A stretch of 64,000 nt of DNA from an uncultured Candidatus Saccharibacteria bacterium (GTDB lineage: Bacteria; Patescibacteriota; Minisyncoccia; Phycocordibacterales; JAACPR01), in NCBI GenBank assembly GCA_964538855.1, contig CAZIEY010000002.1, positions 1,709-65,708 on the forward strand, in the 5' to 3' direction. The notes below the pieces were generated by a model. The model worked only from the letters and a program-made list of their open reading frames with translations. It had not been told where the DNA came from and ran no database searches. Positions within the stretch are counted from its first letter, which is position 1, and each line of letters opens with the position of its first letter. Made by a program: the position numbers and the translations under genes. This document shows, piece by piece, positions 36,736-45,410 of the stretch.

Positions 36736-37149
36736 ATGGGGTGCATGAAAGATTTTGATAGTTGGAATATCAAGAAAAAGCTTATTAATAAACACAAATC
36801 TCTTCAGCATCCTAAAATAGGTGAAATTTGGTGGTGTCGAGTTGGGCTTAATATTGGAGGTGAAATATACGGTAAGAGTATCGATTACGTGAGACCAGTT
36901 CTTGTTATAAATTGTGAGGGTGATGAGAATTTTATCGGTGTCCCGCTGACTTCTAAAATAAAAAATAGAAAATATGCTTGTGTTATTATGGAAGATGACG
37001 GGACACTTGCGACAGCGTTAGTGTATCAAATTAAATCTTTTGATAAGCGAAGACTGGTAGAAAAGCATAGTACCTTATCGAATGAGTATTTCAATAAAGT
37101 CCTTGAAATTATTAGGATTTTGATCGGTAAAAATTTAACGACCCCGTGA
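36736..37149 (+). CDS. PemK/MazF-family endoribonuclease toxin-like protein (paralog 2)
   Basis: EIWWCRVG...VRPVLVIN...IGVPLTSK...QIKSFDKRRL. Paralog of 600-1010. Confidence 0.65.
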   Translation: MGCMKDFDSWNIKKKLINKHKSLQHPKIGEIWWCRVGLNIGGEIYGKSIDYVRPVLVINCEGDENFIGVPLTSKIKNRKYACVIMEDDGTLATALVYQIKSFDKRRLVEKHSTLSNEYFNKVLEIIRILIGKNLTTP

Positions 37150-37205
37150 GGGGTCGTTCGGCTCTTGCGAGCAAGGATGGTCAATCCATCCTAGACCACT
37201 ATTAT
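37135..37205 (+). repeat. Conserved three-hairpin 3' element, copy 2 (ACGACCCC-gtga-GGGGTCGT with the stop codon in the GNRA loop; GCTC-ttgc-GAGC; GGATGG-tcaat-CCATCC)
   Basis: Aligns with 1001-1068. Its 3' end abuts the stop of tsaD on the opposite strand. Confidence 0.5.
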
Positions 37206-38395
37206 ATCGCGGTAGATGATAAAGTCAAATTTCCCTCAGCTTTAATTTCCGGACAAATTTTCGTCACGACGCGTTGCGCTTTCAAAAACCCAGCAATTGC
37301 GATCATTAACGCATTGTCGGTTGTTGCGTGCATTTCCGGAATGAGAACTTTGACGCCGTCGGCTTCTAATTTTTTAAAGGTTGCACGAATGTGAGTGTTT
37401 GCAATCACACCACCGCCGATAATTAGAGTCTGTGCACCATGTTCGTGCAGCGCGCGTTTCGTTTTTTCAAATAATACTTCGGTGACGGCGTCTTCGAATT
37501 CGCGAGCAATATCTTTTTGAGTGGCTTCATCCACGTTGAATTTTTGTTGCAAATCAGGTTTCGCTTTTTGATCGGTTAAATAATAGAGCACCGCCGTTTT
37601 GAGGCCAGCAAAAGAAAAATCAAAATCCTTGCTATGAATCATCGGACGAGGAAATTGCGCAGTGTGCAGTAATTTCTCCTCACGTGCCCGCGCTGCCAAT
37701 TTCGAAATTTGTGGACCACCAGGATATGACAAGCCCAATAATCGCGCCACTTTATCAAACGCTTCGCCAACTGCATCATCGCGTGTTTGTCCGATTAATG
37801 CGTAGTCGCCCCAATTTCGCACCAAAATCAATTCGGTGTGACCTCCGGAAATCAAAAGTGCCACCGCAGGGAAGGCAAAATTATGCATATGCTCATCCTC
37901 TTTCAAAACTGACACGATGTGACCTTCCATATGATTTGTCGGCATGAGGGGAATTTGCCACATGTATGACAGCGCACGCGCCACGTTAATGCCAACCCAT
38001 AATGCAGGCTCGAGTCCTGGTCCTGACGTCACTGCAATTACATCAATGTTTGGTTTTTTAATGCTCGTTACAAATTCAAAAAAAGTTTCAGCAAGGCCTG
38101 GATATGGTGACAAAATGTCGCTGATTTTTGCCCGCTGTTCGTTGGATGGTAATGTGCGGAGTTCTTCTTCCATTTCAGTTTCCTGAAGAAGCGCATGCAA
38201 AAGGGGAATGATATTTCGGGCATGCTCACGCTTTGCAATAGTTGGCATGACGCCACCGAATGGTTTGTGGGCTTCAATTTGCGAATTGACGACTGTGCCG
38301 AGTGTTGTATATGAAAGCTCGCTCCCATTCACGGTTGCTTCTATCAAGGCGAGAGCGGTTTCATCACAACTGGTTTCAATCCCGAGGATTTTCAT
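37202..38395 (-). CDS. tsaD: tRNA N6-adenosine threonylcarbamoyltransferase
   Basis: MKILGIETSCDETALALIE and Kae1/TsaD family motifs. Confidence 0.85.
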   Translation of the reverse strand: MKILGIETSCDETALALIEATVNGSELSYTTLGTVVNSQIEAHKPFGGVMPTIAKREHARNIIPLLHALLQETEMEEELRTLPSNEQRAKISDILSPYPGLAETFFEFVTSIKKPNIDVIAVTSGPGLEPALWVGINVARALSYMWQIPLMPTNHMEGHIVSVLKEDEHMHNFAFPAVALLISGGHTELILVRNWGDYALIGQTRDDAVGEAFDKVARLLGLSYPGGPQISKLAARAREEKLLHTAQFPRPMIHSKDFDFSFAGLKTAVLYYLTDQKAKPDLQQKFNVDEATQKDIAREFEDAVTEVLFEKTKRALHEHGAQTLIIGGGVIANTHIRATFKKLEADGVKVLIPEMHATTDNALMIAIAGFLKAQRVVTKICPEIKAEGNLTLSSTAI

Positions 38396-38396
38396 G

Positions 38397-38469
38397 TGCG
38401 CGGTGAGGGACTCGAACCCCCGGCATCAACAACGTCAATGTTGCGCTCTACCAACTGAGCTAACCGCGC
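38397..38469 (-). tRNA. tRNA-Val (anticodon GAC)
   Basis: Reverse complement: GCGCGGT TA GCTC AGTTGGTA GAGC G CAACA TTGACGT TGTTG ... GGGGG TTCGAGT CCCTC ACCGCGC A. Confidence 0.8.
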
Positions 38470-38521
38470 ATAAAAAACAGATTATCAGAAAAAATGGTCA
38501 AAGTCGAGCCAGAAAACCGAT

Positions 38522-39355
38522 CTAATTTTTTGAAATCAATTCGTCAAACTTTTGAATCATAAAACCAGTCACCGGTCCAATTTTTCCATTTCCGATTTTT
38601 TTGCTATCGATTTGAATGATTGGCGCGATTTTGATTTTACCAGACGAAGTAATGAGAACCTCATCAGCATTGATGAGTTCGTGCATAGTCACGTCACGTT
38701 CTTCTACGGGGATTTTATTTTTACGTGCCAACTCAATTACTACTTTGCGCGTAATTCCTTGTAGTACGTTGTTTCGAGGTGTGAGTAATTTTCCGTTCGA
38801 AACAATAAAAATATTTGAAGTCGAACATTCGAGTACGAGATTTTTGTCGTGATAAAGTACTTCTGCTGCACCAGCCTTGTCGATTTTATTTTGAAGTTTT
38901 ACTGCGTGAACATAGGCGCTTGTCTTTGCGACCGGAGTCTCGCGTTGATATCTTTCTGTAATCAATTTTGCGCCATTCGGATATTTTACGAGCGCTGGGA
39001 TTTGTAAATCCTCGACAATAATTGCAAAATTTTGATTACCTTCAAATCGAATGTGATTAGAACTTTTGCCGCCAGTGAGGATGAGTCGAAATGCCGCGTC
39101 CTTCATTTTATTTTTTTTCATCAACTTCATCACTAGTACGTCGAGCTCAAACACAGTGATTGGAGGAGTGAGACCGAGTTCTTTTGCGGAATTAGTGAAG
39201 CGCTTGAAATAATCAGCGAGGCGGAATGGTCGTCCGTTGTAGGTTCGGAAATAATCAAACACAGCATGTCCTCGAATAACACCAATATCATCGAATGGGA
39301 AACCAAACTTTTTTGATTCCACGATTTTGCCGTTGTAAAAGCAGTACTTTTTCAT
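38522..39355 (-). CDS. Class IV aminotransferase (branched-chain/D-amino-acid aminotransferase family)
   Basis: Fold-type IV pattern. C-terminal GITRKVVIELARKNKIPVEERDVTMHELINADEVLITSSGKIKIAPIIQID. Confidence 0.6.
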   Translation of the reverse strand: MKKYCFYNGKIVESKKFGFPFDDIGVIRGHAVFDYFRTYNGRPFRLADYFKRFTNSAKELGLTPPITVFELDVLVMKLMKKNKMKDAAFRLILTGGKSSNHIRFEGNQNFAIIVEDLQIPALVKYPNGAKLITERYQRETPVAKTSAYVHAVKLQNKIDKAGAAEVLYHDKNLVLECSTSNIFIVSNGKLLTPRNNVLQGITRKVVIELARKNKIPVEERDVTMHELINADEVLITSSGKIKIAPIIQIDSKKIGNGKIGPVTGFMIQKFDELISKN

Positions 39356-39447
39356 GACGGTAATTATAGCGGATTTTGCGAGTGGGGGGCACTTGCTTTT
39401 TATGAGGAAGTATGATACTATTTTAAATCAGAAAGGAGGGCCAAAAA

Positions 39448-39570
39448 ATGCCCATCCCCCTGCACACGTTGCCACCGTGGTTTGGACTTGGACCGGATGA
39501 AGAAGATCCAAAGCCTTGGTGGCAGTTGGGTACTCCCTGGAACTGGAGATCGGTCAGCGACCAAGGCTGA
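39448..39570 (+). CDS. 40-aa Trp/Pro-rich micro-ORF (MPIPLHTLPPWFGLGPDEEDPKPWWQLGTPWNWRSVSDQG) with a consensus RBS, GC-rich
   Basis: AAAGGAGGG sits 7 nt upstream of the ATG. GC is visibly above the genome background. A strong terminator follows. Confidence 0.35.
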   Translation: MPIPLHTLPPWFGLGPDEEDPKPWWQLGTPWNWRSVSDQG

Positions 39571-39589
39571 TTCCTTTTCGGGGTTTCCC

Positions 39590-39632
39590 TGACCGCGGCT
39601 GACCCTTTGGGCGCCGCGGTTTTTTCTGCCTT
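39590..39632 (+). terminator. Rho-independent terminator (CCGCGGC-N12-GCCGCGG plus TTTTTTCT)
   Basis: 7 bp perfect GC stem and a T-run. Confidence 0.6.
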
Positions 39633-39690
39633 ACTTTCTTGCCAAACCCTCTTTGCATTTTTCGCACTTTTTTGCTACTATTTTTGCCAT

Positions 39691-39762
39691 GGCCCTATCG
39701 TCTAACGGCTAGGACAGAGCCTTTTCAAGGCTTAAATCAGGGTTCGATTCCCTGTAGGGTCA
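39691..39762 (+). tRNA. tRNA-Glu (anticodon TTC)
   Basis: GGCCCTA TC GTCT AACGGCTA GGAC A GAGCC TTTTCAA GGCTT AAAT CAGGG TTCGATT CCCTG TAGGGTC A. Confidence 0.8.
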
Positions 39763-39767
39763 CAAGT

Positions 39768-40484
39768 ATGAAACATCACCGTATTCTTTTAAAATTATCA
39801 GGTGAGCAGTTTGCAGGAGAAAAGAAGTTTGGTATTGATACACATTTTGTTGCGGAGCTGGCGCAGGAATTGCAGAGCGTGGTAAAGAAAACAAAAGTTC
39901 AAATCGTAGTCGTCATTGGCGGTGGAAACTTTTTACGAGGTGCGACAATGGCAGGTGAACAGAATATGGTCGAGAGGGCAACCGCTGATTACATGGGAAT
40001 GCTCGCAACTATCATGAACGGTATGGCACTCGTGGATATTTTAGAACATTTCGGTCAGCCGGCGCGTCTCCAAACACGCCTTCATATCAATGCGGTGGCC
40101 GAACCTTACATCCGTCGTCGAACATTACGACATCTGGAAAAAGGTCGAGTTGTCATCGTTGCCGGTGGGACAGGGAATCCGTATTTTACTACAGATACCG
40201 CAGCTGTTTCGACTGCGATTGAACTTGGTTGCGATATTGTGCTCAAGGCTACAAAAGTGGACGGAGTCTACAACAAAGACCCAAAGAAATTTTCGGACGC
40301 AGTAAAAATTTCAAAAATCTCTTTCCTCGACGCGTTGCGCGATGAAAATATCAGGGTAATGGATAACGCGGCGCTGTCTCTCGCGATGGATAATAGATTA
40401 CCAATTCGAATTTTCGACCTATTGAGCAAGGGGAACATTCAAAAAACGGTAGAAGGAAAATCTGTTGGAACTTTGATTAGTTGA
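39768..40484 (+). CDS. pyrH: UMP kinase
   Basis: RILLKLSGE ... VVIGGGN ... AAGGTGNPYFTTDTAA. The ORF-track start lies upstream inside the tRNA, so the start was trimmed to the ATG at 39768. Confidence 0.85.
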   Translation: MKHHRILLKLSGEQFAGEKKFGIDTHFVAELAQELQSVVKKTKVQIVVVIGGGNFLRGATMAGEQNMVERATADYMGMLATIMNGMALVDILEHFGQPARLQTRLHINAVAEPYIRRRTLRHLEKGRVVIVAGGTGNPYFTTDTAAVSTAIELGCDIVLKATKVDGVYNKDPKKFSDAVKISKISFLDALRDENIRVMDNAALSLAMDNRLPIRIFDLLSKGNIQKTVEGKSVGTLIS

Positions 40485-42987
40485 CACAGCTCACCGATTT
40501 GATTTGTTCTAGCACTTTTGCATCCATGATCGCACCATTGTGTGCGATACCTCTGACTGCCATGAATTTGGATAGGGCGGTGACTGTTGTTCTGCCGTAA
40601 TAACCATAGGAAGCTCCAGCTGGCATGACTAGGTAACCTCCGTTTACAAGAAATCGTTGAACTTGGCCTACGTATTCGTTTTCTTCTCCGAAATAAAGGG
40701 TTCTTGGAAGGTCGACACAGGCTTCATTCGAATTTGTGGTTACAACTGGTGTTATGTTAGCTACGGGGACAACCGGTGCTGTGTAAGTTTGAGCCGGAGC
40801 ATTGTAGACCGGACTATTGACATAGCTTCCACCCATAATCGCCGCTCTTGTTTTTGGTCCAAAATACCCAGTATCTGGTGTAATACCACGCGCTTTCTGC
40901 CAATTTCCAAGCGCTGTTTTGGTAAGCTCTCCGAAATATCCCTTGTTCACTCCTGCTGGGATTATGAGATATCCTGTAGATATGAGGAAATCTTGAAGTG
41001 CAATAACATCTTCACCTTGCGAACCCATAGTCAGGTCTCGATAGAAGGAGTAGTTGGATGTCTGTGAGTTTGAGGTTGTAGAGTTGTTATTGTTCTGAAC
41101 CTCGTTATCTTTAACTCGTACTGTCACATCATCGTCCTCTCCGTCATCGCTCACTCTGATAGTTGGACAGGTATCTTTTGCTTTTTCACCTTCACCGTCT
41201 TCCACTGTAACTTTAATTTTATAACTTCCTTTTTTGTCGAAAGAAACTGTTTGGTCAGCACTATCCTTGTCAAAATTGTCAGCTTTTTTATAATCACCAG
41301 ACCATGTTCCGTCGTAAGGGGTTGTACCACCAGAAACTTCAAGCCAAATATCGGTATCTTCGTCTACTGCAGGTGTAGTATCAGAGACTTTACATTCTAC
41401 TTCCAGTTTACCAGACGATATTGGTGATTTTGTGCCATATGTAGTTGTAGTCGCGGTATTTGTTGTGCTCGTACATTTTCTAGTAATCTCATCTACCTTG
41501 TTTGCAAATGTTTCAGCGATACTATCATAACCAGCCACGCTGTAATGTGTGCCATCATTGTCAAATCCGGTGAAGTCTACAACAGAAACATACGATCGAG
41601 TTTGTGCGAGTGTACTAATTCCTGTTTTGTAGATTCCCAAAGGACGAGTTGCTGCCCAACCGCCTTTCGCAGGAGTTTCAGGTTTCGCCACAATAATTTT
41701 CGCATTTGGCAATTTTGTATGAATAGTATCGAGTAATGTGCCAAGTGCAGTGACCTTGCTATTTGCTACAGCGTCGCTGACCGGTGTTCGGCTACTGACA
41801 GGGTTTACTGCAACCCACATATCATTACTACCCACGAGCAACAAAATGACATCGGGATTGTATGTAGTGAAAGAGTTTGCGTCTACAACTGATTGAAGTT
41901 GTGCAATTCCTTTGCCTGAATAACCCTCGTGTTGATTATCGCTGAATCCATTACCATTGCTCTTCGAGCCAACCATATCCACAGTGTAACCCTTCGCAGT
42001 TAATTTTTCTTTGAAAGCTTTTCTATATGCAAGGTTATTTGATCCTTCAATTCCTTCTGTGTTTGAATCACCCATTGCCATGATTTTGAGACTTTTGTTG
42101 GTGTTTGTGTCTGTTTGTCCGATAGGGCAGGAGTTACCAGGTTCATTGATTGGTGTAGTTTGTTTGCTAATTTCTTCGGCTGATTTTGCTTCTAGAGCCG
42201 CAGCAATTTCAGCATTCGTATAAAATTTCCCCTTGATTCCTTCGGTTCTTTGTCCTGCATTTTTTATGAGCCATACCCAGATACCTTCTGGTACTGCTGC
42301 TTCCACTGCTGCAGGGCCTCCATATGATGAACCGGGTTTCGAATACCGGTAATGTGGTCGATGTCCGTTTGCATTACCAGTAAAACGACCAGCCTCCACC
42401 TTGGTTATATTTGGCTCAGATCCTTTATAGAGTTGAACTCGAATCACTTGACCCATAAGTGATGTTGGTAGAAGAGATACTGCGTTACCATCACTATCAG
42501 ATTTTGGTTTCCATAGAAAGCTTTCAGAGTACGTTGTATCTTCTTCGTCACCCTCGGCATTGATTAGACTTTCACAAATTTCATTTTTTTTGTCTGACTC
42601 TTTCTGCGAAACAGATGCATGACCTACTTTGCTGTAGACGAATGCTTTACCTGTACTTTTTTTATGATCGTCTTCTAGTTCCGATAGGGGTTTGGAGAGG
42701 CATTCCTGAGCCTTTGCTACCAATGCTGCTGCAGAGCTTTTTTTATCTACTTCCAAAGGGCTTATCCCAAATAGATCCCCATCGTTTATTGCGCCAGGAA
42801 TTAAACTTAAACCTCCTGTGGGTATCACGAGTGCTGCTCCGACCCAGTCGAGTGCATCGTCAATATCACCTTTACTGACCTTGAATCCACCAACTGAAAA
42901 TGCATTCGCTATGTTATTTACTGTTGGTAGTGACAAAAATACTATAATAAAAAATGATAAGAACAGGTATTTTGATAAAATTTTCAT
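40477..42987 (-). CDS. Secreted multidomain protein: signal peptide, SGNH/GDSL hydrolase domain, and two C-terminal peptidoglycan-binding (PG_binding_1) domains
   Basis: N-terminal MKILSKYLFLSFFIIVFLSLP. IMAMGDSNTEG (GDS block). Two C-terminal repeats of the ...LQ.FL...GYL......GYFG..T..AL..FQ... type. Confidence 0.55.
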   Translation of the reverse strand: MKILSKYLFLSFFIIVFLSLPTVNNIANAFSVGGFKVSKGDIDDALDWVGAALVIPTGGLSLIPGAINDGDLFGISPLEVDKKSSAAALVAKAQECLSKPLSELEDDHKKSTGKAFVYSKVGHASVSQKESDKKNEICESLINAEGDEEDTTYSESFLWKPKSDSDGNAVSLLPTSLMGQVIRVQLYKGSEPNITKVEAGRFTGNANGHRPHYRYSKPGSSYGGPAAVEAAVPEGIWVWLIKNAGQRTEGIKGKFYTNAEIAAALEAKSAEEISKQTTPINEPGNSCPIGQTDTNTNKSLKIMAMGDSNTEGIEGSNNLAYRKAFKEKLTAKGYTVDMVGSKSNGNGFSDNQHEGYSGKGIAQLQSVVDANSFTTYNPDVILLLVGSNDMWVAVNPVSSRTPVSDAVANSKVTALGTLLDTIHTKLPNAKIIVAKPETPAKGGWAATRPLGIYKTGISTLAQTRSYVSVVDFTGFDNDGTHYSVAGYDSIAETFANKVDEITRKCTSTTNTATTTTYGTKSPISSGKLEVECKVSDTTPAVDEDTDIWLEVSGGTTPYDGTWSGDYKKADNFDKDSADQTVSFDKKGSYKIKVTVEDGEGEKAKDTCPTIRVSDDGEDDDVTVRVKDNEVQNNNNSTTSNSQTSNYSFYRDLTMGSQGEDVIALQDFLISTGYLIIPAGVNKGYFGELTKTALGNWQKARGITPDTGYFGPKTRAAIMGGSYVNSPVYNAPAQTYTAPVVPVANITPVVTTNSNEACVDLPRTLYFGEENEYVGQVQRFLVNGGYLVMPAGASYGYYGRTTVTALSKFMAVRGIAHNGAIMDAKVLEQIKSVSCVN

Positions 42988-43049
42988 GAAATTTGCGAAT
43001 TAAATAATAATGGATTTTAACCATTGTATTATAACCCCAAATTGAATAT

Positions 43050-43982
43050 TTATTTAGTTTTTAACCACACATAGATGTCTTCAAGAGCGCGCACTGCGTC
43101 ACCAGCTGCGATGTTATTTTGGTGGTATAAAATGTTGGTACAATCTCCAGCTGCCCAAACACCGTCGACTGATGTACGCTGATTCCAAGGGTCAATAACA
43201 ACAGTGCTGTGCTCGTTAGTTGCGACGAGGTCTTTGACAAAACCGATGGCTGGAACTGCGCCAATCTCAACAAAGATGCCGCCAATAGGTATGGTAGTTT
43301 TCTCACCGGTCTTGTTATTTCTATATGTAAAGCCGTTTACCATGAAATCACCGTGTATTTCTGTGACTTCGGCGTTGGTGATGATTTTGAAATTTGGATT
43401 TTTCTCGAGTGTCTCTACGGTGATCGGGTCGGCGCGGAATTCATCACGTCGATGCATCAGTGTAACTGTTTTTGCATAAGCGAGTAATTGCGCTGCGCTT
43501 TCAAATGCAGAATTCCCACCGCCAAGTACCACTACGTCTCGGTCACGGAAAAGTGGTCCGTCGCATGAGGCGCAATAAGTCAGGCCTTTGTGTTCGAATT
43601 TATCGGCATTAACCGCCTCGATTTTTCGTCGATTAGATCCAGTGGCAACGAGCACAGCTTTGGTCTCATAAGTATCTTTTGCGGTAGTGACTACAAAATG
43701 AGAATCTTTTTTTTGAACTCGATCCACGCGTTTGCCTGTTACGATTTTTACGAAATCACCTGCATATGCACGTGCATGAGCCTCAAATTTTTTGGCCAAG
43801 TCAAAACCAGGGATTTTAATTTCACCAACCCAATTTTCAATTCCGTCTGAAACGATACTTTGCCCTCCAAATGTTTCTGTAATGAGAAGGGTTTTTAATT
43901 GTTTTCGCGCCGCATATACCGTCGCTGCTGTTCCTGCCGGTCCACCACCGATAATTATGAGATCGTAAATCATGAGCGCCAT
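43050..43982 (-). CDS. trxB: Thioredoxin-disulfide reductase
   Basis: IIIGGGPAGTAA (FAD), CASCDG redox centre, and a GGGNSA NADPH motif. Confidence 0.85.
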   Translation of the reverse strand: MALMIYDLIIIGGGPAGTAATVYAARKQLKTLLITETFGGQSIVSDGIENWVGEIKIPGFDLAKKFEAHARAYAGDFVKIVTGKRVDRVQKKDSHFVVTTAKDTYETKAVLVATGSNRRKIEAVNADKFEHKGLTYCASCDGPLFRDRDVVVLGGGNSAFESAAQLLAYAKTVTLMHRRDEFRADPITVETLEKNPNFKIITNAEVTEIHGDFMVNGFTYRNNKTGEKTTIPIGGIFVEIGAVPAIGFVKDLVATNEHSTVVIDPWNQRTSVDGVWAAGDCTNILYHQNNIAAGDAVRALEDIYVWLKTK

Positions 43983-44004
43983 TTTACCACAGTCTTGTCT
44001 GTAA

Positions 44005-44126
44005 ATAAAATAGAAAAACTCTAAATTTTGAAAGTCTGGTTGAGCACAAAAAACAAATCACACTCTTGTTACAGAGCGTGATTGTGCGACCCGAGGACTT
44101 CAAAATTTAGAGTTTTTCTATTTTAT
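44005..44126 (-). repeat. Hairpin-enclosed structured element, family 2 copy 1. A 30 bp perfect outer stem encloses the conserved internal-loop motifs AGTCTGGTTGAGCA / GCGACCCGAGGACT and an inner hairpin that reads as an intrinsic terminator on the minus strand
   Basis: ATAAAATAGAAAAACTCTAAATTTTGAAAGTC...GACTTCAAAATTTAGAGTTTTTCTATTTTAT. Located at the 3' end of ftsZ. Confidence 0.55.
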
Positions 44127-45310
44127 TACTTCCGATGACGTCGTAAAAATGATGGAACTGCACCCCATTCGTCGTTGTCATCTTCGGTGACGAGTGCCTT
44201 AGTTTCTTTTTTTTCAACTGGCTCACTTCGTTTTTCAACATTCAAAGAGTTAAAGATGCGACCTCCGGTAGCAGGAGCCTCTGCGATCGGCTTCACTTCT
44301 TCAACTGGTTTTGGTGTTGTGGTACCAAATAATGAACGTTTTGTGGTGTTTGCGCCATCAGGAAAGCCTGCTGCGACAATAGTAACTTTGATGTCACCTT
44401 TCTTCAATTTATCGTCATTAACGGTTCCGAAAATAACACGTGCATCTTCGTCCATTGATTCGGTGATAATTTTTGCAGCTTCTTGAATTTCGTGCATAGT
44501 CAAATCTTCACCACCTGCAATAGAGAAGAGAATGCCTTGAGCACCATTAATAGAAACGTCGAGGAGTGGGGAATTAATTGCCATTTTCGCAGCTTCTTGA
44601 GCGCGATTCTCTCCGTTTGCAATACCAACACCCATGAGTGCAGAACCAGAATCCTTCAAAATAGTTCGCACATCGGCAAAGTCGATGTTGATTTTTCCAG
44701 GAGTTGTAATCAAGTCAGAAATACCTTCAACGGCTTGGCGCAACACGTCATCACACATTGCAAATGCATTTGATGCTGTTGTTTCTTTTGAAATTTGGTT
44801 TAACAGTCGATCGTTTGGAATTACAATAATCGCATCCACTTCTTTTTTGAGTTCAGCGAGAGCTTGCTCAGCGATTTTCATTCGGTGCTTACCTTCAAAG
44901 AAAAATGGTTTTGTTACTACTGCAACAGTAAGTGCATTCGATTCGCGAGCGATTTGCGCCGCGACAGAAGAAGCGCCTGATCCGGTTCCACCACCAAGTC
45001 CGCATGTGAGGAAGACCATGTCGGCACCTTTGATTGCTTCTTGAACTTCTTCTTTCGTTTCTTCGATTGCGCGTCGGCCGATTTCTGGATTCATTCCAGC
45101 ACCAAGACCTTTGGTCAAGTTTTTACCAATGTGAATTTTTTTCTTTGCAAGAGATCCGTGTAAATCTTGCGCGTCGGTATTGATCGCAATAAAATCTACG
45201 CCTTTGACCTTGCTATTAATCATGTGATTAATAACGTTGAGACCGGAACCTCCTACACCAACAACTTTGATGCGTGCAAATGTCTCGATTTCTGGTTTAA
45301 CTTGTGGCAT
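44126..45310 (-). CDS. ftsZ: Cell division protein FtsZ
   Basis: GGGTGSG tubulin signature, IKVVGVGGSG. Start placed at MPQVKPE. The ORF track extends further upstream from an alternative TTG with poor RBS spacing. Confidence 0.9.
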   Translation of the reverse strand: MPQVKPEIETFARIKVVGVGGSGLNVINHMINSKVKGVDFIAINTDAQDLHGSLAKKKIHIGKNLTKGLGAGMNPEIGRRAIEETKEEVQEAIKGADMVFLTCGLGGGTGSGASSVAAQIARESNALTVAVVTKPFFFEGKHRMKIAEQALAELKKEVDAIIVIPNDRLLNQISKETTASNAFAMCDDVLRQAVEGISDLITTPGKINIDFADVRTILKDSGSALMGVGIANGENRAQEAAKMAINSPLLDVSINGAQGILFSIAGGEDLTMHEIQEAAKIITESMDEDARVIFGTVNDDKLKKGDIKVTIVAAGFPDGANTTKRSLFGTTTPKPVEEVKPIAEAPATGGRIFNSLNVEKRSEPVEKKETKALVTEDDNDEWGAVPSFLRRHRK

Positions 45311-45410
45311 ATGATGTATGTAATAAAATAAGTAGTAAAAAATCTTTAAACTCTTCCCCAAGAGCTCCTTATATCATAACGCACTGAAACTTTTACGCAA
45401 CCTAGACAGG

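Noticed and set aside
37146-37394. 82-aa plus-strand ORF starting in the PemK 3' element
   Set aside because: It overlaps the well-supported tsaD gene on the opposite strand and has no start context.
39639-39767. Upstream extension of the pyrH ORF starting at 39639
   Set aside because: It overlaps tRNA-Glu. The conserved UMP kinase N-terminus begins at MKHHRILLKLSGE (39768).
44005-44126. Possibility that the family-2 elements are hammerhead-type ribozymes (GUC and CUGGUUGAG resemble GUC / CUGAUGAG)
   Set aside because: The core CUGAUGA and GAAA blocks are not intact, and the element has two helices rather than a three-way junction.
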